Shown here: piece by piece, positions 38,051 to 49,328 of the stretch | Layout: each line of letters opens with the position of its first letter | Numbering within the stretch: the first letter of the stretch is position 1 | Assembly: GCA_035504215.1 (NCBI GenBank) | Contig: DATJSI010000112.1 | Coordinates: 7,461-71,460 of the forward strand | Reading direction: 5' to 3' | DNA length: 64,000 bases | Source of the DNA: Mycobacteriales bacterium | GTDB taxonomy: Bacteria > Actinomycetota > Actinomycetes > JAFAQI01 | Notes under the pieces: model-generated | Databases searched by the model: none | What the model saw: the letters and a program-made list of their open reading frames with translations, nothing else | What the model was told of the DNA's origin: nothing | Translations under genes and position numbers: made by a program

Positions 38051-38604
38051 CCGCACCCGACGCGTCGGCGCGGGCCGACGTCATCCGGGCCACCTTGCGG
38101 GAACGTGACCTGCAGTTCGAAGAGCCGGAGCCGGGCGCGTTCGTCGTACGGCTTCCCGGCACTCACAAGCTTGCGACCGTCACCTGGCTCGTCGTCGGCG
38201 ACCACTCGCTGCACGTCGAGGCGTTCTTCTGCCGGCGGCCGGACGAGGCGCAGGAGCGCTTCTACCGCTGGCTGCTGGAGCGCAACGCGAAGATGTACGC
38301 CGTCGCCTTCTCGGTCGACCACCACGGCGACGTCTACATCGTCGGACGGTTGCCGTTGTCGGCGATCGACCCGGACGAGCTCGACCGCGTGCTCGGCTCG
38401 GTGATGACGTACTCCGACGAGTGGTTCGACGCCGCTCTCGAGATCGGCTTCCGATCGTCGATCGAGCGGGAGTGGGACTGGCGGGTCAAGCGCGGCGAGT
38501 CGCTCGCGAACCTTGCCGCCTTCGCCCGGTTCGCCGATCCGTCACGTGGCCGACGACTCACCGACCCGGCTGCGGACGAGGTGCGCGAGGATGTGCAGCC
38601 ATGA
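38047..38604 (+). CDS. YbjN-domain protein (Rv0487-like)
   Basis: Conserved position after mshA. YbjN-like sequence. 4-nt overlap with mshA. Confidence 0.65.
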   Translation: MTAPDASARADVIRATLRERDLQFEEPEPGAFVVRLPGTHKLATVTWLVVGDHSLHVEAFFCRRPDEAQERFYRWLLERNAKMYAVAFSVDHHGDVYIVGRLPLSAIDPDELDRVLGSVMTYSDEWFDAALEIGFRSSIEREWDWRVKRGESLANLAAFARFADPSRGRRLTDPAADEVREDVQP

Positions 38605-39347
38605 CGGGAACCCTCGTGCTGCTGCGGCACGGCGAGAGTGTGTGGAACGCGGAGAACCGCTTCACCGGCTGGGTCGATGTCGCGCTGTCCGACCGAGGGC
38701 GTGCGGAGTCGCTGCGCGCCGGCGAGCTGCTGCGCGAGCACAACCTGCTGCCCGACCTGCTGCACACCTCGTTGCTGCGCCGCGCGATCATCACCGCCCA
38801 GGACGCGCTGGACGGCTGTGATCGTGGGTGGATTCCCGTCCGGCGCAGCTGGCGGCTGAACGAGCGCCACTACGGCGACCTGCAGGGCAAGAACAAGGCG
38901 GAGATCCGCGACCAGTACGGCGACGAGCAGTTCATGATCTGGCGGCGCTCCTACGACACGCCCCCGCCGCCGATCGAGGCCGGTGCCGAGTACTCGCAGA
39001 GCGGCGACCCGCGCTACGCCGATCTGCCGCCCGAGGTCGTACCGCGCAGCGAGTGCCTCAAGGACGTCGTGGCGCGGTTGCTTCCGTACTGGGACGACGC
39101 GATCGTGCCGGATCTGCACTCTGGCGCGACCGTGCTGGTGGCGGCGCACGGAAACTCGTTGCGGGCGCTGGTGAAGCACCTCGACGGGATCAGTGACGAG
39201 GAGATCCCTGCGCTCAACATCCCCACCGGCGTGCCGCTTCGCTACGACCTCGACGAACAGCTGCGCCCGCTGCACGGCGGCGGGACCTACCTCGACCCGG
39301 AGGCCGCGCAGTCCGGCATGGCCGCCGTGGCCAACCAGGGCCGCTGA
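38601..39347 (+). CDS. gpmA: 2,3-bisphosphoglycerate-dependent phosphoglycerate mutase
   Basis: '[12 protein letters not shown]' phosphohistidine motif and 'ERHYG'. ATGA overlap with the upstream gene. Confidence 0.95.
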   Translation: MTGTLVLLRHGESVWNAENRFTGWVDVALSDRGRAESLRAGELLREHNLLPDLLHTSLLRRAIITAQDALDGCDRGWIPVRRSWRLNERHYGDLQGKNKAEIRDQYGDEQFMIWRRSYDTPPPPIEAGAEYSQSGDPRYADLPPEVVPRSECLKDVVARLLPYWDDAIVPDLHSGATVLVAAHGNSLRALVKHLDGISDEEIPALNIPTGVPLRYDLDEQLRPLHGGGTYLDPEAAQSGMAAVANQGR

Positions 39348-39369
39348 AGCAGCTCGCTGACGCTGCGCG

Positions 39370-40032
39370 CTAGCTGATCGCGGGCGGCACCGACGCAGTG
39401 CCGGTGGGCAGCGGCTGGGTGGGGTTCGTGGTCTCGCCGGCCGGGATGAGCGGCACCTGGATCCGGGCGGAGGTGCCGGCCTGCGCGAAGGTCAGGACGA
39501 CCGTGACGTAGTCCCCGACCTGCGGCGGGGGCGAGAGCGCCGCGCTGACCGATGGTCCGGTGGCGCCGGGCACCGGGCTGCCGATCTCGACCGGAATCCC
39601 CGGCGGCAGGACCACGCCGGCGGCCGGTGGTTGGCTCGCTCCCGTGCTTCCCGCGGTCGCCGCCGGGTTGATCGTCATCGTGCCGCTGGTGGTCGTGACC
39701 CGAGTGAGCGTGTCCGACGTACGTCCGTTGTTCACGAAGGTGGCCTGCAGCCAGTAGTGCGGAACGCCGTTGACCGTGGTCGTGGTGATCGCCGTGTCAT
39801 CGACGTCGACCGCGGCCACCTTCACGTCGACCGCCTGGATCGACGGCTTCTCCGTGGTCTCGATGGCGGGTGCCTCGAACCCGCACGCGGAAAGCGTCGC
39901 GGCGCTCACGACGAACACGGTGGCAACCACCGCGCGGCGCACAATCAACTCTCTCTCCTTGAGCGCAAGCCCGCCTGGCACCACGTGGTGCGGCGTCGAC
40001 GGCTCGGTCAGCGTACTGACCTTCCGGGCCAT
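39370..40032 (-). CDS. Lipoprotein, hypothetical
   Basis: Lipobox 'LSACG'. Thr/Pro-rich. Confidence 0.5.
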   Translation of the reverse strand: MARKVSTLTEPSTPHHVVPGGLALKERELIVRRAVVATVFVVSAATLSACGFEAPAIETTEKPSIQAVDVKVAAVDVDDTAITTTTVNGVPHYWLQATFVNNGRTSDTLTRVTTTSGTMTINPAATAGSTGASQPPAAGVVLPPGIPVEIGSPVPGATGPSVSAALSPPPQVGDYVTVVLTFAQAGTSARIQVPLIPAGETTNPTQPLPTGTASVPPAIS

Positions 40033-40064
40033 CGAGCCGAGGCACCCCCGGCGGACCTGCCCGG

Positions 40065-40835
40065 TCAGCGGGCCAGGTGGGAGCCGCCGCTCACGACGAA
40101 GGCGAGCACGAGTACGGCGACCGCTGCGATTACCGAGTGGAAGGCGAGCCGGCGCGAGCGCGGGAAGCGGATCGCGAGCGGCAGGGCGGCCGCGACGGCG
40201 ATGTCGATGGCGGCCGCGGTGATCGTGAGCGGTCCAGGTCCCGCGGCGACCAGAATCGCGACGACTGCCACGGCGACGAAACCGCCGGAGACCACCGTCG
40301 AGGCGACCGGTCCGATCCGTTGCGGCAGCCCGCGCACGCCCGTGAGGGCGTCGTCGGACGCGTCTCCGATCGTGTTCGCGAAATGCGCGGCCGCACCGCA
40401 GCCGGCCCCCGCGACCACGAGCGCGACGTGCGGGAACGGCGTACCGGGAAGCATCGAGGCGACCACGACCGGGACCAGCCCGAACGCGACCGCGTAGGGC
40501 AGGACGCTGAGCACGGTGCGCTTCAGCCCGAGGTTGTAGCTCCAGGCCAGCGCGACGGCGCCGAGATGAGCGATCCCGGCGCGGCGCCCTAGCGCCAACG
40601 ACAGTGGTACGTCGACCGCAAGGGCGCTCACCGCGCAGGCCGCCACCAGGCGGCGGGACAGCTCACCGGCCGCGATCGGCTTGTCCGGCCGGGCGGCTTG
40701 CCGGTCGAGCGGGGCATCGATGGCGTCGTTGGACCAGCCCACCGACACCTGGCCGCAGAGCACCGCGACGGCGAGCAGCGCACTGCGGGCATGGATGCCG
40801 GCAGCGATCGCCATCGCCGTCGCCAGCACGGTCAC
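40065..40835 (-). CDS. UbiA-family prenyltransferase
   Basis: 'NDAIDAPLDRQ' Asp-rich motif. Multiple TM helices. Confidence 0.7.
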   Translation of the reverse strand: MTVLATAMAIAAGIHARSALLAVAVLCGQVSVGWSNDAIDAPLDRQAARPDKPIAAGELSRRLVAACAVSALAVDVPLSLALGRRAGIAHLGAVALAWSYNLGLKRTVLSVLPYAVAFGLVPVVVASMLPGTPFPHVALVVAGAGCGAAAHFANTIGDASDDALTGVRGLPQRIGPVASTVVSGGFVAVAVVAILVAAGPGPLTITAAAIDIAVAAALPLAIRFPRSRRLAFHSVIAAVAVLVLAFVVSGGSHLAR

Positions 40836-40906
40836 GGCGACGCACGGGAGCGGGTGGGTCGCGCGGATCAGCGCGAGCGGGCGGGAAAGCGCCGAAGGCG
40901 CGGTGC

Positions 40907-41683
40907 TCAGCCGGAGGCTCGCTGGTCGGCCAGCATGCTCGTGAGCTCACCGCTCACCTGCGGCGGGCGAGCTGGCGGAATCTTGCGGAGAATCGTGTAG
41001 ATCGTGCCGTCCCGGGCCAGGGTGACCACGGAGATTCCCTGCGCCCCGACCGCCGTGGCGAGCCGGCCGGAGCTGTCGTAGAGGACCGTGGGCATGCCCT
41101 GATCGATCTGGCCGGCCAGCGCTCCGGCCTCGGCGTCCGACGGGGCGATCACGACGAGCGGGAGGTTCTTGCTCCCGGCCTGCCCGGCGAGGTCGTCCAG
41201 CAGCGGCACGCAATGGCAGTTGAGGGGGACCAAAGCGAGCAGCGCCGGGCGAAGCGACCGTGCGGACACCGACGGCCCGGTGCTGTCCTGGAGCGCGACG
41301 TCCGGGAGCAGCCCGCCCGCCTGGCCGGTGGCGATCGTGGGGTGCGCGAGCGGGAGCGCGGCGGGCGGCCGGCTGTCGCGGTGCGGCTCCATCGCGTTGA
41401 TCAGCGTTGCGACCAGGACGGCGACCGCGACCGCGGCGAGCACCAGCGGGATCGAGGCGAAGGCCGGGCGGGCGGCGAGCCGGCGCAGCTGCGCCCGCCG
41501 CCGGGCCAGCCAGAGTTCCCGGTGATAGGCGCTGATGTCCTTGGTCAGCGAGCTGATGTCATCGGGGGCGATGAGGTTCGCCCACTCCTCGACGTCGAGC
41601 GCCGGGTCGCGGTCGTCCGGGTCCGGCCAGCCGTGGTCGGAGGCGCTCGAGAAGTCGAGCGGACGGTCGTCGTCGTCCCCCAT
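40907..41683 (-). CDS. Hypothetical single-pass membrane protein with an acidic N-terminus and an extracytoplasmic domain
   Basis: One TM segment ('IPLVLAAVAVAVLVATLI'). Unrecognised C-terminal domain containing 'CHC'. Confidence 0.45.
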   Translation of the reverse strand: MGDDDDRPLDFSSASDHGWPDPDDRDPALDVEEWANLIAPDDISSLTKDISAYHRELWLARRRAQLRRLAARPAFASIPLVLAAVAVAVLVATLINAMEPHRDSRPPAALPLAHPTIATGQAGGLLPDVALQDSTGPSVSARSLRPALLALVPLNCHCVPLLDDLAGQAGSKNLPLVVIAPSDAEAGALAGQIDQGMPTVLYDSSGRLATAVGAQGISVVTLARDGTIYTILRKIPPARPPQVSGELTSMLADQRASG

Positions 41684-41880
41684 GTGGCTCAGTATCCGCC
41701 GTTGTGCGCGCGTGCGAAAGAGGACTGCGAGATATTCCGAACAAGCACGTCAAGGGGCCTTCTGTCAAGCCCTGAGACAACCGCGATCATGGCTCTGACC
41801 TGCGGTTTCACCGGTTTCCGGCCGGTCGTGGGAGGGGTCGCGCATGCTATCCTCGACCCAGCGGAAGGGGAACAGCGCGT

Positions 41881-42363
41881 ATGACGTTCACGGTCGGTGA
41901 GACGGTTGTCTACCCCCATCACGGGGCCGCCCTCATTGAAGCGATCGAGACCCGGACCATCAAAGGTGAGGACAAGATCTACCTGGTCCTGAAGGTCGCC
42001 CAGGGCGATCTGACCGTTCGGGTCCCCGCGGAGAACGCCGAGTACGTCGGCGTGCGCGACGTCGTCGGCGCCGACGGCCTCGAGCGCGTGTTCGAGATCC
42101 TCAAGGCGCCGCACACCGAGGAGCCGACCAACTGGTCCCGGCGGTACAAGGCGAACGTCGAGAAGATCGCCTCCGGCGACGTCAACAAGGTGGCCGAGGT
42201 GGTGCGCGACCTGTGGCGGCGCGATCGCGAGCGCGGGCTGTCGGCCGGTGAGAAGCGGATGCTGGCCAAGGCCCGCCAGATCCTGGTGAGCGAGCTGGCG
42301 CTCGCGGAGCACACCAACGAGGACAAGGCAGAAGCCCTGCTCGACGAGGTCCTCAGCGGCTGA
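41881..42363 (+). CDS. carD: CarD-family RNA-polymerase-binding transcriptional regulator
   Basis: Near-identical N-terminus to mycobacterial CarD ('[25 protein letters not shown]'). Confidence 0.95.
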   Translation: MTFTVGETVVYPHHGAALIEAIETRTIKGEDKIYLVLKVAQGDLTVRVPAENAEYVGVRDVVGADGLERVFEILKAPHTEEPTNWSRRYKANVEKIASGDVNKVAEVVRDLWRRDRERGLSAGEKRMLAKARQILVSELALAEHTNEDKAEALLDEVLSG

Positions 42364-42419
42364 TTCGTCCGGGTTCGGACCCTCCTGATACCGGTCCGCC
42401 GAATGGGTGAAGTCTCCCG

Positions 42420-43577
42420 GTGGTCCGGTCGAGACAAACAGGTGTGAAGCCAGGTTGGTCCCCGCGTGCCCGAGGACGGGCACCGTCGGGCTTGATCGAG
42501 ATCCTTCGGTTGCTCACCGTCGTGTTCTTCGCCGGCCTGGGCTATGAGGCCGGGCACCTGCTGACCAGCCACGGTCACGGCGCCGTCCTCGGGCCCTTCG
42601 GCGAGGTCGGTGTCGGGCTCATCGTCGGCTCCGGGGTCGGCTACGTCGTGGGTGGTGTCTTCGGGCGAAGCGCCGCGCAGACCGCGCACCGGACCGAGGC
42701 CGCCCTGCGCGACGTCTCGGCCGACACCCTCATCGCCGGCGGCTTCGGCGCGCTCGGCGGCGCAGCGCTCGGCGCCGCGTTCGGCTGGCCGCTGTTCTTC
42801 ATCCCGCAGACGCTGGTCGCGATCGCGCTGTTCGGCATCGTCATCGTCCTGGTCAGCTACACCGGCTTCCGCATCGGTGCCGGCAAGCGCGACGAGGTCC
42901 TCGCGGTGATCGGGCCGCGTACCGGCGTCGCGCCGCGACGGCAGGCCGCGAGCGCCTCCGACAAGGTGATCGACACCTCGGTGGCGATCGACGCGCGGAT
43001 CCTCGACGTGGTCCGGGCCGGCTTCCTGCACGGCCGCATGATCGTGATCCAGCCCGTGCTCGACGAGCTCCAGCGGCTGGCCGACTCGGCCGATCCGCTG
43101 CGTCGCGCCCGCGGTCGCCGCGGCCTCGACGTGCTCGAGTCGCTACGCCGCGAGTCGCACGTCGATCTCGTGGTCGCGGATGACAGCCAGCCGGACGTCG
43201 ACGAGGTGGATGCGAAGCTCGTGCGCACCTGCCTCGACAACGACCAGGCGTTGCTGACCCTCGACAGCAACCTCGCGAAGGTGGCCACGCTCACCGGTGT
43301 GCAGGTGCTCAACCTGCACGCGCTCTCGCTGGCGCTACGCCCGCCGGTCATCGTCGGCGAGGACGTCGTGGTGCAGCTGATCAAGCCGGGCCGCGAGCCG
43401 GGGCAGGCAGTGGGATACCTCGACGACGGCACGATGGTCGTGGTCGAACGCGCCAAGGCGCTGGTAGGTAAAGATGTCACCGTGCGAGTGACCAGCGTGG
43501 TGATCACGGCCAACGGCCGCTTGGTCTTCGCGCACGTCAGCAGTTCGCGCGCTGCGTCTGCCCCCGCCACCGCATGA
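42420..43577 (+). CDS. PIN/TRAM-domain membrane protein (YacL-like)
   Basis: N-terminal TM helices, a PIN domain and a C-terminal TRAM. The carD…yacL…ispF arrangement is conserved. Confidence 0.75.
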   Translation: MVRSRQTGVKPGWSPRARGRAPSGLIEILRLLTVVFFAGLGYEAGHLLTSHGHGAVLGPFGEVGVGLIVGSGVGYVVGGVFGRSAAQTAHRTEAALRDVSADTLIAGGFGALGGAALGAAFGWPLFFIPQTLVAIALFGIVIVLVSYTGFRIGAGKRDEVLAVIGPRTGVAPRRQAASASDKVIDTSVAIDARILDVVRAGFLHGRMIVIQPVLDELQRLADSADPLRRARGRRGLDVLESLRRESHVDLVVADDSQPDVDEVDAKLVRTCLDNDQALLTLDSNLAKVATLTGVQVLNLHALSLALRPPVIVGEDVVVQLIKPGREPGQAVGYLDDGTMVVVERAKALVGKDVTVRVTSVVITANGRLVFAHVSSSRAASAPATA

Positions 43578-44089
43578 CGGCCGCCGACGGCGTCGTACCG
43601 CTGAGCAGTGCGCTGCCCGCGATCCCGCGGATCGGGGTGGGTGTCGACGTGCATCCCTTCTCGCCCGGCCGCACCCTGATGCTGGCCTGCCTGCTCTGGC
43701 CCGGCGAGCACGGCCTGACCGGGCACTCGGACGGCGATGTCGTGGCGCACGCGGTCTGCGACAGCCTGTTCTCCGCGGCCGGGCTCGGAGATCTCGGCGC
43801 GCAGTTCGGGACCGGCGATCCACGTTGGGCGAACGCCTCCGGCGCCGACCTGTTGGCCGAGACCGCACGTCGCCTCGGTGCCGAGGGCTGGGCGATCGGG
43901 AACGTCGCCGTACAGCTGATCGGCGAGCGACCCCGGGTCGGCGAACGCCGGGTCGAGGCGGAGACCGCGCTCTCGCGTGCGGTCGGTGCTTCGGTCTCGC
44001 TCGCTGCCACCACAACCGACGGGCTGGGCCTGACCGGCCGCGGTGAAGGGCTGGCCGCCGTCGCGACCGCGCTCGTCATGACCCGCTGA
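43574..44089 (+). CDS. ispF: 2-C-methyl-D-erythritol 2,4-cyclodiphosphate synthase
   Basis: '[10 protein letters not shown]' and '[11 protein letters not shown]' motifs. ATGA overlap with the upstream gene. Confidence 0.95.
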   Translation: MTAADGVVPLSSALPAIPRIGVGVDVHPFSPGRTLMLACLLWPGEHGLTGHSDGDVVAHAVCDSLFSAAGLGDLGAQFGTGDPRWANASGADLLAETARRLGAEGWAIGNVAVQLIGERPRVGERRVEAETALSRAVGASVSLAATTTDGLGLTGRGEGLAAVATALVMTR

Positions 44090-44103
44090 GCAACACTGGA
44101 GCG

Positions 44104-45300
44104 ATGAACGAGACTGCGGCCTATCTCGTCGGCGGGGTGCGGACGCCGATCGGGCGGTACGGCGGAGTGCTTGCGAGCGTCCGCCCCGACGACCTCGCGG
44201 CGCTGGTCGTGAGGGCCGCACTGACCCGGGCCGGCGTCCCGGATGACGCCGTCGACGAGGTCGTGCTGGGCGCGGCGAACCAGGCCGGCGAGGACAACCG
44301 CAACGTGGCGAGGATGGCTGTGCTGCTCGCCGGCCTGCCGGACTCGACGCCCGGATACACCGTCAACCGGCTGTGCGCGAGCGGGCTGCAGGCCATCGTC
44401 GCGGCGGCGCAGGCAATCCGGTCCGGCGAGGCGGATGTCGTTGTCGCCGGCGGTGTGGAGTCGATGACCCGCGCACCGTGGGTCATGGCGAAGCCCGGCA
44501 CCCCGTGGGCGCGACCGGGCGAGGTGTTCGACAGCTCGCTCGGGTGGCGGTTCGTCAATCCGCGGATGCGCGAGCTCGACGGCGGCAAGGCAACGATCTC
44601 GATGGGCGAGACCGCGGAGGAGGTTGCCGCGCTGGACGGCATCACCCGCGAGGACTCCGATGCGTTTGCGCTGCAATCGCACGAACGTGCAGTGGCTGCC
44701 GCCAAGGACGGCCGGTTCGACGCCGAGCTCTGCGCGGTCGAGACCAAGGCGGGGACGATCGCCGTCGACGAGGGGCCGCGCGCCGACACCAGCCTGGAGC
44801 AGCTCGCCAAGCTCAAGCCCGCGTTCCGCGAGGGCGGGATCGTCACGGCCGGCTCGTCCTCGCCGCTGTCCGACGGCGCTGCCGCGGTCGTCGTTGCGAG
44901 CGAAGCCGCCGTCCGCCGGCACAACCTCACGCCTCGGGCGCGAGTGGTCGCTACCGCTTCGGGCGCGGTGCCGCCGTCGACCATGGGCCTCGGTCCGGTG
45001 GTGGCGACGACGAAGGCGTTGGACCGGGCGGGGTGGTCGGCATCGGATCTCGGTGCGGTCGAGCTCAACGAGGCATTCGCCGTACAGGTGCTTGCCTGCG
45101 TCCGGCGGCTGAGCCTCGATCCCGGCACCGTGAACCTCGACGGCGGTGCGATCGCGCTCGGCCACCCGCTCGGCTGCTCGGGCGCCCGGGTCACGGTGAC
45201 GCTGCTCGGCCGGATGGAGCGTGAGCAGGCCGCTCGCGGTCTTGCCACCTTGTGCGTCGGCGTCGGGCAGGGCCTGGCGATGCTCGTCGAACGACCGTAG
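44104..45300 (+). CDS. Acetyl-CoA C-acyltransferase (thiolase)
   Basis: Thiolase active-site Cys region '[11 protein letters not shown]' and the C-terminal '[12 protein letters not shown]'. Confidence 0.9.
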   Translation: MNETAAYLVGGVRTPIGRYGGVLASVRPDDLAALVVRAALTRAGVPDDAVDEVVLGAANQAGEDNRNVARMAVLLAGLPDSTPGYTVNRLCASGLQAIVAAAQAIRSGEADVVVAGGVESMTRAPWVMAKPGTPWARPGEVFDSSLGWRFVNPRMRELDGGKATISMGETAEEVAALDGITREDSDAFALQSHERAVAAAKDGRFDAELCAVETKAGTIAVDEGPRADTSLEQLAKLKPAFREGGIVTAGSSSPLSDGAAAVVVASEAAVRRHNLTPRARVVATASGAVPPSTMGLGPVVATTKALDRAGWSASDLGAVELNEAFAVQVLACVRRLSLDPGTVNLDGGAIALGHPLGCSGARVTVTLLGRMEREQAARGLATLCVGVGQGLAMLVERP

Positions 45301-45334
45301 GTCTGTTCTTCCTGCCGTCATTAGGCTGCTCGGC

Positions 45335-46711
45335 GTGACGCTGCGGCTTTATGACACGAGACGGCGGGCGACCGCCGATTTCGAACCGCTGCTGCCCGGC
45401 GTCGTCACGATGTACGTCTGCGGCCCGACCGTTCAGTCGCCGCCGCACATCGGCCACATGCGTTCCGCGGTCGCCTCCGACATCGCCCGCCGCTGGCTGC
45501 TGGCGAGCGGGTACGACGTCATCCACCTGCGCAACATCACCGACATCGACGACAAGGTGCTCGTCAACGCCGAGGCGCTCGGCGTGCCGTGGTGGGCGCT
45601 CGGCACCGAGATGACCAGGCAGTTCCAAGCGGCGTACCGCGCGATGAACTGCCTCGAGCCGACCGGTGAGCCACGAGCGACCGGGCACGTGCCGGAGATC
45701 GTCGCCTTGATCGAGCGGCTGATCGAAGCAGGGCACGCCTACCCGTCCGGCGGCGACGTGTACTTCGACGTCGCGTCGGACCCGAGGTACGGCGAGCTGT
45801 CCGGGCAGAAGCCGGACGCGATGCTTCCGTCGGAGGACCCCGGTGCGAAACGCGATCCGCGCGACTTCGCGTTGTGGAAGGGCATGAAGCCCGGCGAGCC
45901 GTTCTGGGAGACACCGTGGGGCCCGGGCCGACCCGGCTGGCACATCGAGTGCTCGGCGATGGCGACGAAGTACCTCGGCCCGGTCTTCGACATCCACGGC
46001 GGCGGCCTCGACCTGGTCTTCCCGCACCACGAGAACGAGCTCGCGCAGTCGAATGCCGCCGGTGACGGCTTCGCGCGGTTCTGGCTGCACAACGGCATGC
46101 TCAACACCGCCGGCGCGAAGATGAGCAAGTCGCTCGGAAACTCGCTGTTCGTGCCGGACCTGCTGGCGATGTCCCGGCCGGCCGCGCTGCGCTACGCGTT
46201 GGCCGCTCCGCACTACCGCTCGGACACCGAGTGGAGCGACGCAGTTCTGGCCGAGGCGGATGCTGCGTACTCCCGGATCCAAGGCTTCCTGGAGCGCGCG
46301 GCCGAGCGCTTCGGCGAGCCGCCCGCGGGCGCCACCGTTCCGGCCGCGTTCGCGGCTGCGATGGACGACGACCTCGGGGTGCCCGCGGCGCTGGGCGTGC
46401 TGCACGAGCGCGTGCGGGACGGCAACACCGCGTTGGCGGAGGGCGAGGAGCAAGCCGCCCGTGCGGCACTCGCCGACGTCGCCGCGATGACCCGGGTGCT
46501 CGGGCTGTGGCCGGGTGACTTCATCGACTCCTCGAGCGACGCGGCCCTGCGGCGGGCGGTCGAGGGCATCGTGCCCGCGCTGCTCGATGCGCGCCAGGCC
46601 GCGCGCGACCGCAAGGACTTCGCGGAGAGCGACCGGATCCGTGACGCCCTCACGGCGGCCGGGGTCGCGGTGGAGGACACGCCGCAGGGTCCTCGCTGGC
46701 GCGTCGGCTGA
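45335..46711 (+). CDS. cysS: Cysteine--tRNA ligase
   Basis: 'HIGH' ('PHIGHMRS') and 'KMSKS' motifs. GTG start chosen at 45335. Confidence 0.95.
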   Translation: MTLRLYDTRRRATADFEPLLPGVVTMYVCGPTVQSPPHIGHMRSAVASDIARRWLLASGYDVIHLRNITDIDDKVLVNAEALGVPWWALGTEMTRQFQAAYRAMNCLEPTGEPRATGHVPEIVALIERLIEAGHAYPSGGDVYFDVASDPRYGELSGQKPDAMLPSEDPGAKRDPRDFALWKGMKPGEPFWETPWGPGRPGWHIECSAMATKYLGPVFDIHGGGLDLVFPHHENELAQSNAAGDGFARFWLHNGMLNTAGAKMSKSLGNSLFVPDLLAMSRPAALRYALAAPHYRSDTEWSDAVLAEADAAYSRIQGFLERAAERFGEPPAGATVPAAFAAAMDDDLGVPAALGVLHERVRDGNTALAEGEEQAARAALADVAAMTRVLGLWPGDFIDSSSDAALRRAVEGIVPALLDARQAARDRKDFAESDRIRDALTAAGVAVEDTPQGPRWRVG

Positions 46712-47646
46712 TGGCCTCGAAGAAGGGTCCGAGCAAGGGCACCGGCGGGCACGGCCGGCGGCGGCTCGAGGGCCGCGGCCCGACTCCACCGGCCCGTGAG
46801 CGGACCGGCCATCCGGCCGCACGCAGGGCGCGGGCGGCCGCCAAGCGTGCCGACGCCGCGCGCGCGACAAGCGCCGGTCCGAAGGCGCGGCGCCGGCCGG
46901 GCGCCGAGGACCTCGTCGCCGGCCGGAACGCTGTGGTCGAGGCCCTTCGAGCGTCCGTTCCCGCGACCACGCTCTACGTCGCCACCGGCCTGGCGCGCGA
47001 CGACCGCGTCACGGAGTCGAAGAAGCTCGCGGCAGATCGCGGCGTCGCGTTGCTCGAAGTCACCCGCACCGACCTCGATCGGCTGACCGCCGGGGCGCCG
47101 CATCAGGGTGTCGCCCTGGCCGTGCGCCCGTATGACTACGCCGATCCCGACGACCTGCTGCGGCGCGTGCTCGAGGAACCCGAGCCGCCGCTCGTGGTCG
47201 CGCTCGACGGCGTGACCGACCCGCACAACCTGGGCGCGATCGCCCGCTCCGCGGCGGCGTTCGGCGCGCAGGGGATCCTGCTGCCCGAGCGTCGCGCGGT
47301 GGGTGTCACGCCGGCCGCGTGGCGCGCCAGCGCCGGGACGCTCGCCCACGTGCCGGTCGCTCGCGTGACCAACCTGGTGCGGACGCTCAAGTCGTACGCC
47401 GACGCGGGGCTGATGCTCGCCGGGCTGGACGGGCGTGGGGAGATCGACTTCGACGACCTCGAGCTCGCGACCAGCCCGCTGGTTCTGGTCGTCGGTGCCG
47501 AGGGCCGCGGGTTGTCGCGCCTCGTCGGGCAGACCTGCGACCTGACGGTGCGGATCCCGCTGCGCCGCGCCGTCGAGTCCCTGAACGCCTCGGTCGCGAC
47601 CGGCATCGCGCTCGCGGAGATCGCTCGCCGCCGTCGCGCCGACTGA
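46711..47646 (+). CDS. rlmB: 23S rRNA (guanosine-2'-O)-methyltransferase, SpoU/TrmH family
   Basis: SpoU motifs ('LDGVTDPHNLGAI', 'LVVGAEGRGLS', 'IPLRRAVESLNASVA'). TGATG overlap with cysS. Confidence 0.9.
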   Translation: MASKKGPSKGTGGHGRRRLEGRGPTPPARERTGHPAARRARAAAKRADAARATSAGPKARRRPGAEDLVAGRNAVVEALRASVPATTLYVATGLARDDRVTESKKLAADRGVALLEVTRTDLDRLTAGAPHQGVALAVRPYDYADPDDLLRRVLEEPEPPLVVALDGVTDPHNLGAIARSAAAFGAQGILLPERRAVGVTPAAWRASAGTLAHVPVARVTNLVRTLKSYADAGLMLAGLDGRGEIDFDDLELATSPLVLVVGAEGRGLSRLVGQTCDLTVRIPLRRAVESLNASVATGIALAEIARRRRAD

Positions 47647-47660
47647 TCCGGCTCGAGCGA

Positions 47661-49229
47661 TCAGCGCAGCGGCACGCCCTGCGGCTGGTTGAACACCCCG
47701 TCCGGGTCGTAGCGCCGGCGTACGTCGATCAGGCGCGCGAGGTTCGCGCCGTAGTAGGCCTGCTGCGGATCCGGCAGCGAGTCGTCGGCGTAGTTCTGGT
47801 AGGCCTGGCCGGAGGCGTAACGGCGTACCGCGTTGTGAATCGTCGCGAGCGAGTGCTGGTTGCGGGCGAGCGGACCGTTGCCCGGCAGGTCCTGCCACGA
47901 GGCGGTGTATTGAGCGCTGAACAGCGCCTCACGATGCACCCACGCGGTCGCGTCCGGCGCGACGGCCGAAACCGCGCCGCCGAGGACGTCGAACGACGCC
48001 CCGCCCGCGCCGAGCCGAGGGTCGCGTTGCCGGGCTGCGACCGCCGCGACCAGCGCCGCGATGCCGCTTCCCGGGATCGGGCTCGTGAAGAAGTCCGAGC
48101 CGGCGACGAAGGCATCGCGCGGGAGCGTTCCGCCGGGAGTCTCCGCGGCGATGTGGCAGGCCTCGACGGTCAGGCTGCTGCACCCTGCCTCGAGCATCAT
48201 CGTCGCCGCGTAGCTCTCGCTCGCGACCACGTTCGCCTGCGGAGCGACCGGCACGGACTGGGTCAGCGCGCCGATGTGTTGTTGGAGTGCCGGCTGGCTG
48301 CCGACCATGACGGCGGCGACGGCAACCGTCGGGCCACCAGCCGCTCCGGTGGCGAGGACGTGGGCGGTCGACCACAACGAGCGCGGCGCGGCCACCGCCC
48401 AGGACTGCCAGGCCGCGATGACCTCTGCGGCGGCGGACCACGGCCACGACACGTAGGCGTGGGCGAGCGAGTCGGCCGGGTGGGTCGCGAACGTCAACGA
48501 GGTGACGACGCCGAAGCTGCCGCCCCCTCCGCGCAGTGCCCAGAACAGGTCCGGGTCATGGGAACCGTCGCAGGTCAGCGAGCGGCCGTCCGCCGTCACG
48601 ATCGTCGCCTCGACCAGGCGGTCGCAGGTCAGGCCGTAGCGCCGGGCGACGACGCCGATGCCGCCACCGAGGGTCAACCCCGAGATGCCGACCGACGGGC
48701 ATGACCCAGCCGGGATCGACACCCCTCGCTGGGCGAGCTGCGCATAGACGTCGACCAGCGCCGCGCCGGCGCCGATCGTTGCCGTACTTTCGGCGGAGTC
48801 GACCGCGACCGCGCTGAGCCGGCGTACGTCGATCACCAGGCCGGTTCCGGTCGAGGCGCCGATGTAGGAGTGGCCGCCGGAACGGATCCGCAGGGGGAGC
48901 CGGAACCGCCGGGCGAACGCGATCGCCGCCGCGACGTCCGCGGCCGAGGCGACCTGCGCGATCGCCGTGGGCTTGACGGGGTCGAACCGGCGGTCGAACA
49001 ACAGCCTGGCGCGCTCGAAGCCGGTGCTCGACGGCCGGAGCAGGTCACCGGCCAGGCTTCGGCGCAGGGCTCGCCAATCCGCGGCCGCCGGGCCGGTTGA
49101 GGTGCGGGTTGCGCTCGGCGATCCGCTGGGCGGCGGCGACGCCGCGGTGCGCTTCGAGCCGGAGTGGCAGCCGGCCAGCGTCGTTGCGGTCGCGCCGGTG
49201 ATCAGGCCGAGCACGCTGCGACGGGTCAT
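47661..49229 (-). CDS. FAD-binding (PCMH/BBE-like) oxidoreductase with a Tat signal and lipobox
   Basis: 'MTRRSVLGLITGATATTLAGC' Tat signal plus lipobox. FAD-binding 'RSGGHSY' and 'GGGGSFG' motifs. The 857-aa ORF was trimmed to the 522-aa gene. Confidence 0.8.
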   Translation of the reverse strand: MTRRSVLGLITGATATTLAGCHSGSKRTAASPPPSGSPSATRTSTGPAAADWRALRRSLAGDLLRPSSTGFERARLLFDRRFDPVKPTAIAQVASAADVAAAIAFARRFRLPLRIRSGGHSYIGASTGTGLVIDVRRLSAVAVDSAESTATIGAGAALVDVYAQLAQRGVSIPAGSCPSVGISGLTLGGGIGVVARRYGLTCDRLVEATIVTADGRSLTCDGSHDPDLFWALRGGGGSFGVVTSLTFATHPADSLAHAYVSWPWSAAAEVIAAWQSWAVAAPRSLWSTAHVLATGAAGGPTVAVAAVMVGSQPALQQHIGALTQSVPVAPQANVVASESYAATMMLEAGCSSLTVEACHIAAETPGGTLPRDAFVAGSDFFTSPIPGSGIAALVAAVAARQRDPRLGAGGASFDVLGGAVSAVAPDATAWVHREALFSAQYTASWQDLPGNGPLARNQHSLATIHNAVRRYASGQAYQNYADDSLPDPQQAYYGANLARLIDVRRRYDPDGVFNQPQGVPLR

Positions 49230-49328
49230 CCGGGTCGGCGTACGCACACCGTTCAGTGTCCCGGTTCGACGCGGTCGGTGGTTATGGTCTGCCGTAGGCG
49301 GTTCTGGCGTCCGACTTGGGGAGTGGGC

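Noticed and set aside
45191-46870. 559-aa minus-strand ORF antisense to cysS/rlmB, and the numerous Arg-rich 60–170-aa ORFs throughout the track
   Set aside because: They overlap confidently identified genes and show the Arg/Pro/Ala bias expected of non-coding frames in ~70% GC DNA.
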